From Candidatus Omnitrophota bacterium (lineage in GTDB: Bacteria > Omnitrophota > Gorgyraeia > 2-01-FULL-45-10), in NCBI GenBank assembly GCA_030695905.1, contig JAUYOL010000001.1, positions 2,023-66,022 of the forward strand: DNA of 64,000 bases, in the 5' to 3' direction. A model generated the notes under the pieces. It did not search any database. It was given only the letters and a program-made list of their open reading frames with translations, and had not been told where the DNA came from. The position numbers and the translations under genes were made by a program. Every line of letters begins with the position of its first letter. The first letter of the stretch is position 1. Positions 38,838-54,800 of the stretch are shown here, piece after piece.

Positions 38838-39691
38838 TTAATTTCTCCCCCGCTAATTTGTTTTAATTCTTTGTCATCATTTGAGTTATGTTTAATATTA
38901 TCATCTACACTTTGCTCAACATGTGTGTCTTTCTTAATGCCTAACAATTCATTCGCGAAATCTTCATACTTCTTTGCCGCGATTGAATTTTTATCATACA
39001 TAGCTATGGGTTTACCAAACCCCGGAGCTTCCGCCAAACGGATATTACGCGGTATCACCGTAGTATAAACTTTGTTACCAAAAAATTTCTTTACTTCATT
39101 TATAACTTCGTTGGTAAGATTGGTACGATAATCGGCCATGGTCAATAAAACACCTTCGACTTCCAGGCCTGTATTTATATTTTCTTTAACAAGATTTATA
39201 GTATTCACCAACTGACCTAATCCTTCGAGCGCATAATATTCGCATTGGATCGGTATAAGCACCGCATTTGCGGCGGAAAGGGCATTCACCGTCAAAAGCC
39301 CGAGCGACGGAGGACAATCTATCAGTATAAAGTCAAATTCGTTTAAAAGACCCGCCAGGGCCTTTTTAAGCTTATGCTCACGGCCTAATATTCCTACTAA
39401 TTCGACTTCGGCTCCGGTTAGATTCAGGTTGGATGGGAACAGAAACAAATTATTGACTTGGGTGCTGATCATAATGGATCTTGGATCCGCGTCATCTATC
39501 AATAGATGATAAACACTATGTTTAATATCATGCTTATTTATGCCAAGACCGCTTGTGGCGTTGCCTTGTGGGTCAATATCGATCAACAGTGTTTTTTTGC
39601 CGGATAAGGCGAGATATGTGGCGAGATTTATCGCGGTTGTTGTTTTGCCAACACCGCCTTTTTGATTACAGAGCGCTATTACTTTTGCCAT
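38834..39691 (-). CDS. parA: Chromosome partitioning ATPase ParA/Soj
   Basis: NQKGGVGKTTT, DPQGNATSG, DCPPSLG, QCEYYALEG. Confidence 0.95.
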   Translation of the reverse strand: MAKVIALCNQKGGVGKTTTAINLATYLALSGKKTLLIDIDPQGNATSGLGINKHDIKHSVYHLLIDDADPRSIMISTQVNNLFLFPSNLNLTGAEVELVGILGREHKLKKALAGLLNEFDFILIDCPPSLGLLTVNALSAANAVLIPIQCEYYALEGLGQLVNTINLVKENINTGLEVEGVLLTMADYRTNLTNEVINEVKKFFGNKVYTTVIPRNIRLAEAPGFGKPIAMYDKNSIAAKKYEDFANELLGIKKDTHVEQSVDDNIKHNSNDDKELKQISGGEIK

Positions 39692-39705
39692 CTTACTTTA
39701 TGTAT

Positions 39706-39725
39706 TAGTTTTCACGTGACAACTA
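39706..39725. promoter_or_regulatory. parS-like palindrome in parA 5' leader
   Basis: TAGTTTTCACGTGACAACTA, TTTCACGTGA core shared with TGTTTCACGTGAAACA; downstream of TTGACT-17-TAATAT promoter (39780-39752). Confidence 0.6.
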
Positions 39726-39788
39726 TTAGCCATGCCGTACACTACAAACAGATATTACACTACGTTTTCAGTAAAGTCAAGCCCTGCA

Positions 39789-41372
39789 TTATGTCTTTTT
39801 CAATATTACAGACTGCTCAACTATTGTCAGCACAGTATTCACCACCCAGTAAAGCACCATACCGGAGGGCATGTTATAAAATATGAACCCAAACATTATC
39901 GGCATTATGACAAGCATTATCTTTTGCTGCTGTCTTTGCTCTTCGGTAACGGCTCCGCCCATAACTTTAGACGATATCTTCTGCTGAACAACCATAAGCG
40001 CTACCATCATCAGTGGTAATACGTTTATGCTGTTGCCGAATATCGGCAAGGAGAATGGTATGCCCACGGCGTCCGGCATAGAAAGATCGCTTATCCATAA
40101 AAAGCTGGCGCCCCTTAAATCTATCGATTTTGTAAGCGCCTGGTATAACGCGACAAATATCGGCATTTGAAGTAAAAGAGGCAGGCAACCACTTAATGGA
40201 TTTATCTTATATTTTTTGTACAGCTCTAATACTTCTTTATTGAGTTTTTGCGGATTATCTTTGTTCTGCGCCTTGAGCTTTTCCATTTGTGGATGCAGTT
40301 CGTGCATCTTCTGCATAGACTGGAAACTTTTTAATGTGAGAGGGAAGAGCACTATATTTAAGAATATCGATATAAGTATTATCGACAGCCCCCAGTTGTG
40401 AACGAGCTTATAGAAGAAAGCTGTGATCACCAGCAACAGCTTTGCTATGCCACCAAAAAATCCATAATTTATCGACTCTTCAAATTCTAAGCCTAACTTC
40501 TTGAGTTCCGCACCGATACTTGGACCCGCATATAAAACGAATTTATTCTCCACTGAAGAATTTGCGGGGATCAAAAGCTTTTCCATTTCGATTCCGGAAT
40601 ATATCTTATCTCCTGCGGCATATCCGTGATACTGACTTTTTGTTTGCCCATACGGCTTCATTATGAGCGAGAAATATCTTGTTTTTGCCGCAACCCAACT
40701 AACTATCCCTGGATTTACAATAACATTTTTGTTGGGTCTTTTGAAACCAACCGTCTTACCATCAACTTTTGAGATTACCTCAATTAGATTCTTGTCCTCG
40801 GTCCTTGGTTCAACCAGGCCCGATCCGGATATAATTTTGTATCCGAGTTCGGCAGGAGACGATGAGTAGTTTTTCACTAAGAGTTGTAACTCTATTACAT
40901 TGCTTGAGTTGCGTAAAGTATATATTTTTACTATCTCCAAATTCTTTATCGCCAGGGTGTAAATAATCTTGTTGTCATCGCTATCAAGTTTATATGCCAT
41001 TTGATTCAATGGCAAAGCGCCAAGCGTGTCATTAATGGAAAAAAGATAGTTCGAGGGGGTTTTTTCTTCAACCAGCGGCATCGGGTCGTTAGATTTCAGT
41101 TTTTTATAGTTCCTTAACTCTATTTTCTTGATAGCGCCGCCGATATTGCTGAATGTAACTATATATCTGTCGGTAGATGCCAAAAACTCCTTTTCGTCAG
41201 CGGGAGGGGTTGGCGTAAGATACTGTATATTTTCAACCTCTTTTTCTTTTACCACCGCGGCTTCCTGCGTCTTACCGGGCATGGGCGCTTGTTTTGGCGA
41301 CGGAAACAGGTATTGGAACCCCACTATTATAAGCACTGAGAAGGCTATAGCTAAAATCAGTTTTTTTTCCAT
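39789..41372 (-). CDS. yidC: Membrane protein insertase YidC
   Basis: NWGLSII, INPLSGCLPLLLQMPIF, FLWISDLS, PSGMVLYW. Confidence 0.95.
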   Translation of the reverse strand: MEKKLILAIAFSVLIIVGFQYLFPSPKQAPMPGKTQEAAVVKEKEVENIQYLTPTPPADEKEFLASTDRYIVTFSNIGGAIKKIELRNYKKLKSNDPMPLVEEKTPSNYLFSINDTLGALPLNQMAYKLDSDDNKIIYTLAIKNLEIVKIYTLRNSSNVIELQLLVKNYSSSPAELGYKIISGSGLVEPRTEDKNLIEVISKVDGKTVGFKRPNKNVIVNPGIVSWVAAKTRYFSLIMKPYGQTKSQYHGYAAGDKIYSGIEMEKLLIPANSSVENKFVLYAGPSIGAELKKLGLEFEESINYGFFGGIAKLLLVITAFFYKLVHNWGLSIILISIFLNIVLFPLTLKSFQSMQKMHELHPQMEKLKAQNKDNPQKLNKEVLELYKKYKINPLSGCLPLLLQMPIFVALYQALTKSIDLRGASFLWISDLSMPDAVGIPFSLPIFGNSINVLPLMMVALMVVQQKISSKVMGGAVTEEQRQQQKIMLVIMPIMFGFIFYNMPSGMVLYWVVNTVLTIVEQSVILKKT

Positions 41373-41390
41373 GATATTCCTTTATATTGT

Positions 41391-41600
41391 TTACTTTACA
41401 GGGTCATATCCGCCGCGTGAGAACGGGTTGCAGCGTAAAACTCTCCAAATGCTTCTTACGCCGCCGGAGATTACCCCGTGTTTTTGAACAGCCTCTATGG
41501 CATATTCTGAACAGGACGGATAAAATCTGCAGCAACGTATGTTTATTATTGACAAATACTTACGATAAAACTTCAAGGCCGATATTACTATATACTTCAT
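41391..41600 (-). CDS. yidD: Membrane protein insertion efficiency factor YidD
   Basis: [23 protein letters not shown]. Confidence 0.95.
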   Translation of the reverse strand: MKYIVISALKFYRKYLSIINIRCCRFYPSCSEYAIEAVQKHGVISGGVRSIWRVLRCNPFSRGGYDPVK

Positions 41601-41983
41601 ACTAATATCCTTGCTTTTCTGGCCAGGTTTAAAAAAATGTTTTCGGCATCCTTATAAGAAAATTTTACCGCGGGATCTTTTCTCACAACGAGTGTCATGT
41701 CAAATCCGTTTTTGAGTTTCCCCTTGGTCAGTCGAAAAACCTCACGGAACAATCTGCGCACACGGTTGCGCCTAAAAGCTTTCTTGATGCTCCTGGAACT
41801 TATCGAAAACCCTATACGGTTTAGGCTTAAGGTGTTGGGCAGGACTTTTAGAACAAACGGCCCGCTGGATAATGAGCTTCCGGATTTATAGATCTTCCTG
41901 AATTCGCCCGTTTTTATCAGGCGCTCTTTTTTTGGGAAAGTCCGAGGACCAGATAATGCAGTTTTCTCGTCGGAGCCCATCAT
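41597..41983 (-). CDS. rnpA: Ribonuclease P protein component
   Basis: [24 protein letters not shown]. Confidence 0.92.
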   Translation of the reverse strand: MMGSDEKTALSGPRTFPKKERLIKTGEFRKIYKSGSSLSSGPFVLKVLPNTLSLNRIGFSISSRSIKKAFRRNRVRRLFREVFRLTKGKLKNGFDMTLVVRKDPAVKFSYKDAENIFLNLARKARILV

Positions 41984-42117
41984 ACGGTGAGCTTATATCT
42001 GCCCTTCTGTCTTCGTCTTTTTAAAACAGCTCTGCCATGGCGCGTGCGCATTTTCTTCCTGAATCCGTGCGTTCTCTTTCTCTTAATATTAGAGCCGGCT
42101 TTTAAAGTATACTTCAT
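41980..42117 (-). CDS. rpmH: 50S ribosomal protein L34 (absent from the ORF track)
   Basis: [45 protein letters not shown]. Confidence 0.95.
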   Translation of the reverse strand: MKYTLKAGSNIKRKRTHGFRKKMRTRHGRAVLKRRRQKGRYKLTV

Positions 42118-42152
42118 TGGTTTGGTCCTTTCGTAAATTTATTGGAAGATTG

Positions 42153-42310
42153 ATTATACCACAACGTCTTGCCGAGTCAATCTTTTTGTTTTTGCTTGCA
42201 ATTACAATTTTTTTCCTCTATAATGGGTGCGATTCTGGAAGGTTTTTGTTAACAACCTGTGTATAACCTATGTGCTACATATGGAAAAACGGCGTATTCA
42301 CTGTGGATAA
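42153..42310. promoter_or_regulatory. Divergent rpmH/dnaA promoters and upstream DnaA boxes
   Basis: TTGACT-16-TATAAT (-, 42180-42153); TTGCAA-17-TATAAT (+, 42196-42224); TGTGTATAA 42258-42266; TGTGGATAA 42302-42310. Confidence 0.8.
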
Positions 42311-42325
42311 TTTTTGGCAGGATAA

Positions 42326-43699
42326 ATGACAAGCAACGACTCTTCAATCTGGCTCAGGGCCAGAGAATTTATAAAGAAAGATCTCGATAACGACCAGGTA
42401 TTTAATATTTGGTTCGGCCCTATCAGGCTTGTGTCTTCGACAGAAAGCTCCATAACGCTGGAGGTCCAGAACAAGTTATTCCAGGAGATGCTTCTCGACC
42501 GCTATCTGAAGATCATAAATTCCAGCGTCGCTAAATCGTGCGGCAAGGAGATGCGCGTTGAATTCGTATTAACGGAGTCTTCCGACGCGCCCAAACAGGC
42601 GCAGCCTCAGGATATACCAAAAACTCCCGGCAAACCATTCTGGCCTTTTGCGCGCGAAAAACAGGATACCGGCAAAGAGATAGGCTTAAACCCGAGATAT
42701 ACATTCGATAGCTTTGTCGTCGGGCCAAGCAACCGGTTCGCGCATGCCGCGACAAACGCCGTATGCGATTCCCCCGCAAAAGCATATAATCCTTTGTTCA
42801 TCTACGGCGGCGTCGGTTTGGGTAAGACCCATCTAATGCACGCTATCGGCCACAAGGCTTTACAAAGGGCTCCGAAGACAAAAATATTATACATATCCAG
42901 CGAGGACTTTACAAACCAACTCATAGCTTCTATACAAAACAGGACCACCATGAAGTTCCGGGAAAAATACCGCAATGTCGATATCCTTCTCATAGATGAT
43001 ATACATTTTATCGCCGGCAAGGAGTCGACACAGGAAGAATTTTTCCATACATTCAATACTCTTTACGACGCGCATAAGCAGATAGTCGTTTCCAGCGACA
43101 GGCCGCCAAAAGAGATACAGTCTCTCGAGGAAAGGCTTGTCTCCAGGTTTGAGTGGGGGCTTGTCACCGACATCCAGCCGCCTGATTTTGAAACGCGAAT
43201 GGCCATATTGAAGAAAAAGTCCGAGCGCGACGGAATAGTTTTGCCCGACGATGTATACTACTTCCTGGCGGAGAAAGTAAAGTCTAACATCCGCGAGCTT
43301 GAAGGTGCGCTCATACGCGTTGTGGCATACGCGAAGCTTATAGGCAGAGAGATAACCGTGGATATGGTTAAAGAGGTTTTAAAAGACATGATCCGTGAAG
43401 GTGAAAAAAATATAACGATCGATTTAATACAGAAAAAGGTGTGTGAGTATTTTGATATCAAGCTATCTGATATGAAGGTAAAAAAGCGTTCGCGGGGCAT
43501 AGCATACCCAAGACAGATAGCAATGTATTTAGCCCGTCAGCTCACGGATTACTCTCTACCTGAAATAGGCGAATACTTTGGCGGCAGGGACCATACCACG
43601 GTAATGCATGCCTTTGATAAGATACAAAATGATCTAAAGATTAAGAAGGGTTTGAGTAGTTTGATTGAAAGGGTTACCGAAAACATACAGTCGTCTTAG
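42326..43699 (+). CDS. dnaA: Chromosomal replication initiator DnaA
   Basis: YNPLFIYGGVGLGKTHL, LIDDI, RELEGAL, FGGRDHTTV. Confidence 0.98.
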   Translation: MTSNDSSIWLRAREFIKKDLDNDQVFNIWFGPIRLVSSTESSITLEVQNKLFQEMLLDRYLKIINSSVAKSCGKEMRVEFVLTESSDAPKQAQPQDIPKTPGKPFWPFAREKQDTGKEIGLNPRYTFDSFVVGPSNRFAHAATNAVCDSPAKAYNPLFIYGGVGLGKTHLMHAIGHKALQRAPKTKILYISSEDFTNQLIASIQNRTTMKFREKYRNVDILLIDDIHFIAGKESTQEEFFHTFNTLYDAHKQIVVSSDRPPKEIQSLEERLVSRFEWGLVTDIQPPDFETRMAILKKKSERDGIVLPDDVYYFLAEKVKSNIRELEGALIRVVAYAKLIGREITVDMVKEVLKDMIREGEKNITIDLIQKKVCEYFDIKLSDMKVKKRSRGIAYPRQIAMYLARQLTDYSLPEIGEYFGGRDHTTVMHAFDKIQNDLKIKKGLSSLIERVTENIQSS

Positions 43700-43845
43700 G
43701 TTTTATTGTGGATAAGCCTGTGGGCTTTGTGGTTAAGTTAATTTTACACAACATCTTGGGGCAAAATAGGTTGGTAACTTATACACACTATCAACACCAC
43801 TACTAATGCTACTACTATTTTCTTATCTATAGAATAATAACAGAA
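43700..43845. other. oriC unwinding region (dnaA-dnaN intergenic)
   Basis: TGTGGATAA 43707-43715, TGTGGTTAA 43728-43736, TTATACACA 43779-43787, trio-like CTACTAATGCTACTACTA 43800-43817, AT-rich tract; gene strand switch nearby. Confidence 0.85.
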
Positions 43846-43856
43846 GAGGTGAGTGA

Positions 43857-44948
43857 ATGAAGTTTGACACGACAAAGGATGTTCTAACAAAAGGAATACA
43901 AGACGTCCAAAGCGCCATAAACCCAAAAACAACATTACCGATACTATCGAACATATTAATGGAAACCGGCAAAGATAATCTATCACTCACAGCAACAGAC
44001 CTTGATATAGGCATAATATCAAACATACAAGTTAAACCAGGGACAGAGGGGGCTATAACCATCCCGGCAAAGAAATTTTTCGATATTATAAAAGAATTAC
44101 CCGAAGGGGATGTGTCTGTATCGGTAAAAAAGAACAATTTAGTGCACATAGAATGCCCAAGCTGTTTATTTAAGATAATGGGCCTGCCAAAAGATGAATT
44201 TCCTCAATTACCGGATTTTAAAGACAAGGACTCAATAGCGATACAACGGCCGAGACTGAAAAAGATGATCGCGATGACAAGTTTCGCGATAAGCCGCGAT
44301 GAAACAAGGTATGTGTTAAACGGTGTATTGTTTATAATAAAGCCAACATATATAAGGATGGTGGCAACTGATGGGCGCCGACTCGCAATGGTGGAAGAAA
44401 AGATACAGGCGCCAAAGACGCAGGAAAGAAAGGTTATAATACCGGCCAAGACTATAGCGGAGCTTGGGAAGTTGTTGGGAGATGAAGGCGAGGTTAAGGT
44501 TTGTTTTGGGAATAATCAGGTGCTGTTTGATATGGGCGGGACAAAAGTTGTGTCGCGGCTTATTGAGGGAGAATTCCCAAACTACGAACAGGTAGTGCCC
44601 AAAGAGGTTAAGGACAAGATTGGTGTGTCGCGGGTAAAGCTTCTTGCGGCGACAAAAAGAGCCGCGTTGTTTACAAATACCGACTCTCTCGCAGTCAAGA
44701 TAGAATTATCCAAAGACAAGATGGTTCTTTCAAAGAGCGCACCGTATATAGGCGAAGCGCGCGAAGAGATCGTGGTTGATTACAAGGGCAAAGACATTGC
44801 GATAGGGTTCAACCCTGATTATCTTGTAGACGCGTTAAAAAACATAAATGAAGAAACTGTAAACCTTGAAATTTCCGACCCTGAAAAGCCGGGGGTGATA
44901 AGAATAGGCAATGAATATGTTTATGTAGTACTGCCGATGCAGTTATAA
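43857..44948 (+). CDS. dnaN: DNA polymerase III beta clamp
   Basis: TLPILSN, ATDLD, ATDGRRL, GEFPNY, FNPDYL, VVLPMQL. Confidence 0.97.
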   Translation: MKFDTTKDVLTKGIQDVQSAINPKTTLPILSNILMETGKDNLSLTATDLDIGIISNIQVKPGTEGAITIPAKKFFDIIKELPEGDVSVSVKKNNLVHIECPSCLFKIMGLPKDEFPQLPDFKDKDSIAIQRPRLKKMIAMTSFAISRDETRYVLNGVLFIIKPTYIRMVATDGRRLAMVEEKIQAPKTQERKVIIPAKTIAELGKLLGDEGEVKVCFGNNQVLFDMGGTKVVSRLIEGEFPNYEQVVPKEVKDKIGVSRVKLLAATKRAALFTNTDSLAVKIELSKDKMVLSKSAPYIGEAREEIVVDYKGKDIAIGFNPDYLVDALKNINEETVNLEISDPEKPGVIRIGNEYVYVVLPMQL

Positions 44949-44952
44949 TTTT

Positions 44953-49076
<4,124 letters not shown>

Positions 49077-49085
49077 AGGAGAGAC

Positions 49086-51686
49086 ATGTACGCGAGAAAT
49101 GAAAAATTAGTTCCGGTATACATAGAAGAGGAGATGAAAGACTCCTATATAAATTATGCTATGAGCGTTATCGTTGGCCGCGCTCTTCCGGATGTGCGCG
49201 ACGGGTTGAAGCCCGTTCATCGTCGTATATTATTTGCGATGAAAGAACTCGGCGTAGAGCATTCCAAGCCCTACAAGAAATGCGCCCGTATAGTCGGAGA
49301 GGTTTTGGGAAAGTTCCACCCTCATGGAGATGTCGCCGTGTATGATACTCTTGTGAGAATGGCGCAGGATTTTTCTTTAAGGTATCCTTTAATAGAGGGC
49401 CAGGGGAACTTCGGATCTGTCGACGGAGATTCGCCGGCCGCTATGAGGTATACCGAAGCCAGGCTTAGCCGCATAACAGATTACATGCTTCTCGATATAG
49501 AAAAGAACACAGTCGACTTTATGCCGAACTTTGACGGATCGCTCGAAGAGCCGATGGTTCTGCCGGCATGCCTTCCGAATTTGTTAGTAAATGGTTCAAG
49601 TGGTATAGCGGTTGGCATGGCTACAAACATCCCGCCGCATAACCTGACAGAAGTCGCGCAGGCCGTGATGTTTGTTATAGACGATCCAAGCTGTGACCCT
49701 AAAGATCTTTTAAAGATAGTCAAAGGTCCGGACTTCCCCACGGGCGGTATTATAAGAGGTTATGAAGGTATTAAGAATGCGTACTCAACGGGCAGGGGGC
49801 TGTTAAGGGTTCACGCAAAAGCATTCATAGAAGAACAGAAGAATGGGAAAGAAACAATTATAGTAAAAGAACTGCCATATCAGGTCAACAAGGCCAATCT
49901 TATCGAAACGATAGCGGACCTTATCACAGATAAGAAGATCGACGGTATAACGGACTTGAGAGACGAGTCGGATAAAGACGGCATGCGCATCGTCATAGAG
50001 ATAAGGCGCGGCGCTAACGCAAAAGTTATACTAAACCAGCTCTACAAACACACCCAGATGCAGACGACATTCGGCGTGATAATGCTGGCGCTGGTTGAGG
50101 GCCGGCCCAGGGTTCTTAACTTAAAAGAGGTTTTGGAAGAATTCATCCGCCACAGAAAAGAGATCGTTATCCGTCGGACGAAATACGATCTTGAGAAAGC
50201 GCAGGATCGCGCCCACATTCTGGAAGGATTAAAGATTGCCTTAAAGGAACTGGACAAGGTCATAAAGATAATACGCGGCTCAAAAGACCCGCAGGAAGCG
50301 AAGGCCGAGTTAATAAAAAAGATAGGGCTGTCCGACAGGCAGGCGCAAGCTATTCTTGAAATGCAGTTACAGCGCCTTACGCATCTGGAGCGCGACAAAA
50401 TTGACAAAGAATACCTGGAGCTGATAAAGAAGATAGAATTATTCAAATCTATCTTAGAGAGCGAAAAAAAGGTCCTCGAGATAATCAAGCAGGAGATGAA
50501 AGATCTGATAGAAAAGTTCGGAGACGCGCGCAGGACGGATATATTGCCGGAGACCGAAGAACTTGATATAGAGGACCTCATAGCCGAAGAGGACGTTGTC
50601 ATAACGATAAGTCACGCCGGCTATATTAAGAGGCTGCCGGTTTCAGGATACAGGAAGCAGCGGCGCGGCGGTAAAGGTGTTACGGGCGCAGACATGAAAG
50701 AAGAGGACTTTATAGAGCACCTCTTCATAGCTTCTACCCACGACTACATGCTATTTTTTACCGACAAAGGCATAGTGCATTGGCTTAAGGTGCATGAAAT
50801 ACCCGAAGCCGGGCGCACTTCCAAAGGAAGACCCATAGTGAATTTGCTTACCCTTGGCGCCGGAGAGAAGGTAAGCGCCTTTGTCCCGGTAAGACAATTC
50901 AAAGAGGGCGAATTCCTGGTGATGGCCACCAAAAACGGCACGATAAAAAAGACGGCCCTTACGGCATATTCGAATCCGAGAAAAGGCGGCATTATTGGCA
51001 TAACTCTTGAGAAGGACGATGAGCTTATCGAAGTCCAGCGCACCGACGGGAACGCCGAACTGCTTATGGCCACGCGCGAAGGCAAGGCGATACGCTTTAA
51101 AGAATCACAAGTCCGGGATATGGGCCGCGGCGCAAAAGGTGTGCGCGGGATAAATCTCGGCAAGAAAGACGCGCTGATAGCGATGGAAGTGGCGAAGGCC
51201 GACCAGACGATTCTTACAGTCACGCAGGAAGGCTTCGGTAAGCGCACACTATTTAAAGAATATCGCATACAATCGCGCGGCGGCAAGGGTATAATCAATA
51301 TAAAAGTCACCGGCAAGAACGGCGAAGCCGTCGGAATAAAGACAGTTTCCGATAGAGATGAAATTATGCTTATTACAGAAAAGGGCATGATAGTCCGTTC
51401 GCCGATCAAGGATATTAGGGCGACAGGCCGTTCAACGCAGGGCGTGAGGCTCATGAAACTTGACAAGGGTGATAAAATATCCTCTGTGGCAAAGATAGTC
51501 CCCGAGGATGAGGCAGCGGAAGAAGAGAAGATAAAAGAAGCGGGGGCCAGCGCTGGGAAGGAAACTCCCGCTCCCAAGAAAGAAGAAGCGGCTGTAAAAG
51601 AAGAAGCAAAGAAAGAAGTTATAAAAAAAGAGGAAGTAGAGCAGAAAAAATCGCCTAAGAAAAAAGCTATAAGGCGCAAAAAATAA
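49086..51686 (+). CDS. gyrA: DNA gyrase subunit A
   Basis: [28 protein letters not shown], GyrA-box QRRGGKG; K/E-rich tail. Confidence 0.98.
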   Translation: MYARNEKLVPVYIEEEMKDSYINYAMSVIVGRALPDVRDGLKPVHRRILFAMKELGVEHSKPYKKCARIVGEVLGKFHPHGDVAVYDTLVRMAQDFSLRYPLIEGQGNFGSVDGDSPAAMRYTEARLSRITDYMLLDIEKNTVDFMPNFDGSLEEPMVLPACLPNLLVNGSSGIAVGMATNIPPHNLTEVAQAVMFVIDDPSCDPKDLLKIVKGPDFPTGGIIRGYEGIKNAYSTGRGLLRVHAKAFIEEQKNGKETIIVKELPYQVNKANLIETIADLITDKKIDGITDLRDESDKDGMRIVIEIRRGANAKVILNQLYKHTQMQTTFGVIMLALVEGRPRVLNLKEVLEEFIRHRKEIVIRRTKYDLEKAQDRAHILEGLKIALKELDKVIKIIRGSKDPQEAKAELIKKIGLSDRQAQAILEMQLQRLTHLERDKIDKEYLELIKKIELFKSILESEKKVLEIIKQEMKDLIEKFGDARRTDILPETEELDIEDLIAEEDVVITISHAGYIKRLPVSGYRKQRRGGKGVTGADMKEEDFIEHLFIASTHDYMLFFTDKGIVHWLKVHEIPEAGRTSKGRPIVNLLTLGAGEKVSAFVPVRQFKEGEFLVMATKNGTIKKTALTAYSNPRKGGIIGITLEKDDELIEVQRTDGNAELLMATREGKAIRFKESQVRDMGRGAKGVRGINLGKKDALIAMEVAKADQTILTVTQEGFGKRTLFKEYRIQSRGGKGIINIKVTGKNGEAVGIKTVSDRDEIMLITEKGMIVRSPIKDIRATGRSTQGVRLMKLDKGDKISSVAKIVPEDEAAEEEKIKEAGASAGKETPAPKKEEAAVKEEAKKEVIKKEEVEQKKSPKKKAIRRKK

Positions 51687-51693
51687 TTTAAGC

Positions 51694-51771
51694 GCCCCCA
51701 TCGTCTAGCCTGGTCTAGGACATCAGATTTTCATTCTGATGACACCGGTTCGAATCCGGTTGGGGGTGCCA
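51694..51771 (+). tRNA. tRNA-Glu(TTC)
   Basis: GCCCCCA acceptor, TCAGA-TT-TTC-AT-TCTGA, GGTTCGAATCC, CCA. Confidence 0.93.
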
Positions 51772-51874
51772 CTCCTTAAAAAAACACCCAAATACAACAC
51801 CCCGGTTAGGAATTTCAAAAGCTGGCTATCTTTTCATTGACTTAACGTTATTCTGTGGTACAATCTCCCTACGT

Positions 51875-54800
51875 ATGTTTCTATACAATATTAGATATAG
51901 CGTATTATTTAAGGCTATGGCCCTGGCGTTGGTGTGCCTATTTGTAGCTAGTGATCTCATTTACGCTACCCCAGAACTCCGCACTGCTTCTCAATCCACT
52001 CTCGCCGCACTTACACAACTTAACAAGCCTGAATTTAGAGAAGCAGCTGCCATCAGAGAATGTCTGCTTGCATCCAAAGGAGCGGATAAGTATATAAATG
52101 AGCAAATCCCCAAAGAAAAAGGCATCTTTGGCAAAGAATGGGAATCTCAGCGAACCGAACGCGTAAACATATATGATACAGAGCTAAAAGGTCGAATAAA
52201 CGGTAAGCCAATAGCAGGACTGGATTCCGTGCTTTTTATCAAGCTCGCAGGGTTTTTGGCTTCCACAGGCCAGCCATTTCAGGCTGATCTTGCCGGCAAA
52301 GGTTATGACGGTCTTCCAGTAGTGTATATCGACAGCGCATTGTGCAATACACCTGACAAATGTATTCAAAAGCACGAGATAGACCAAATCCTGCAATGGG
52401 AAGACCTAAGAGTAAATATGCTACATATCGCCGATAAGAAAGCGATGAGAAGATGGGTCAGAAGATATATCAACGATGCCGACCAGGCGCTTCAAGGTAC
52501 CCCTTACGAAGGAATGAACTCACGCCAGATCGCAAAACTCTTCCACGGATATTCCTATCCTTTAAGAGATCCCTATAAAAAATTATTCCGTGAAACTGAC
52601 TATGACTACGAATATATAAGGACGATGCTCTCCATTTATGGTACCGACGAAGAATCGGGCGAGCTTAAACTAGTCGCGCGGCGCGAAGAAACCCCCGCGC
52701 CCCACGTTAGGCCAGCGGCCGCGGGAACTGGAGTAGCACAAAATATGCTATCCCCGGAGTTTACCTGGCTTATCATGACTTCCCAGGTCACTACTGACAT
52801 AGAATCGATTTCTACTTATTTGAAGCCGATACAGGACACGATAGAAAGTTTAGACAGCTCCGGCGCAAGATTTTCACCTTATACCAGAAAGGTTTTAGGT
52901 GATGCGCGCAAACAAGGAGCTTACCTTTGCGAACAATTAAAAGTTATGATCCAGAAAACAAAAGGATTGTCCTCTGGGCCCATAAACAGACAAGCAGCAG
53001 CTTCCCTGCTTAATAAAATCGACAATGGTGGGAGGTTTGACGAGGTATTGGGTATCTTTTACCACGATGTATGGGATATCATAAGAGAAACACCTCCCAC
53101 AGAGCAAGCAGAATCATTAAAAGATGCATTTGAAAAGCTCCATAGCCGGCATGACCGTATCCGTTCGCAATTACTCGCCCTTGCACATCCGCAGATATTT
53201 ACAGGTAAAACGGGCGCGCTTTGCTACCCTCCCTGGCTTATAAAAATTCCTGAAGCACCGAGAAGTCATATCGAAATTAATCTTTGGGAGCTTCTAAGCG
53301 GGCGCCGTGCCATCTCATATGATTCTTGGCCGTCAAAGCATGAAAGACGAGAACACATTCTCCCAATCGAAAATGAACACAGGTTTTTTGAAAGACGCTT
53401 TGCGAAACTCCCTGAATTAATCACAAGCGGCGCATGGATGGGAATTAACAGAGACTTTAAGACTTTTGCCATAGAGCTTATCTATCTTTACGGGCTTTCT
53501 CTGGATTATTTTCGAATTCAGAAGCAAGTCTTGGAAAAGGCCGCGATAGATCCAGACCAGGTAAAGGACGTTCTCGACCTGGGAACAAATTCATGGCCTT
53601 ATGCTTGGTGCTTTGAAGAAATCTTTCCCAATCTTGAAAAGGCGTATGGCATTGAGGGTAGATGGAAACATTCCAAGGAATTCCAGAATTTTTGGGCGCC
53701 CTTATCCGGCTTGGATCCGACTAAATATAAAATCATCAACGGAGACTTTCTGGAGATAGAAGAGATACCCGAACTCTGGCCGTCAAGCGAGACGGGAGGC
53801 TCTTTCGATCTTATTTTTGCGCATGGTTTTAAGCCGGACTTTAAGGTATCGAATGGCGCTAATGAAGACGCGTATTATTACAAATTATTGCTCTCCGCAA
53901 GCAGGTTGCTTAGGCCCGCGGGGCACATTGTTTTTATTATCAAAAAAGATGAATTGGATAAATTCCGTAAGATGCTCGCGCTTTTAGAGGGTCGGAGCTG
54001 GGCCGACAGGGTGATGAACATGGCGGGCTTTGCGCAAATAATTTATGAAGATGTCGATGTTTTTGTTATTTCTCAAGAAGACCTTGTCAGACATGAGAAG
54101 ATTTTGGAGCAAGGAGTTCAAGCCCGCGAGGCCAGACACGAATATGCCGAAGCAGCCGCATTTTATGAAAGGCAAAGCGATCTCGAGGCCGATACGGCCA
54201 AGCCCTATGTTTTAGCGGGAGATGAGTGGCTGAAGGGGGCCGAGTCATTCATAAAGACAGCAAAAAAATGGCGTCGGAAGCCCTCCAACGATGATGAGTG
54301 GATCAGCTGGATGCTTGAAAACGCTATCGATCGATATAGCCGCTATTTTAAAGCGCCAAAACAACGGAAAGATGATATGTATGTCCGTCAACAACTCGAT
54401 AGGATCTATGAAATAATAATAACAATGCGTCAGGGGTTTTTTGATGACGAAGAAAGCCGATTGTTTGTTTCGAAATTCCCAAAAAAGCCCGCTACCGATT
54501 CACAGCGGGATCAGCTGATAAATTATTTTTTCCTTAAAGACTCCGGTGGAGATCCTTTAGAAAGCGCTCCGGGCAGCCTGCCATTAAATGTGCCACAGAA
54601 TACCGATGCGGACCGTTTAATAGGCGAGGCCCTGGCAGAAATCGAAGCCGGGCAGCGTTTGTTGGTGCAAAAAAAGGCAGAGGCGAAAGCACAAGGAAAT
54701 GCGAGTATTTTGTGGAACCATATACGGGAAAGCAGCATCCCCGATTATGAGCTGCGCCTTCGACTGCTATATCATATGGGGATTTTAAGGGGCAATCTTT

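Noticed and set aside
50744-51679. Long antisense ORFs (this one; also 44943..45731, 62001..62720, 2308..2931 and others)
   Set aside because: Shadow frames of well-supported genes on the opposite strand
51500-51686. K/E-rich low-complexity GyrA tail as a separate element
   Set aside because: Variable charged tails are common on GyrA
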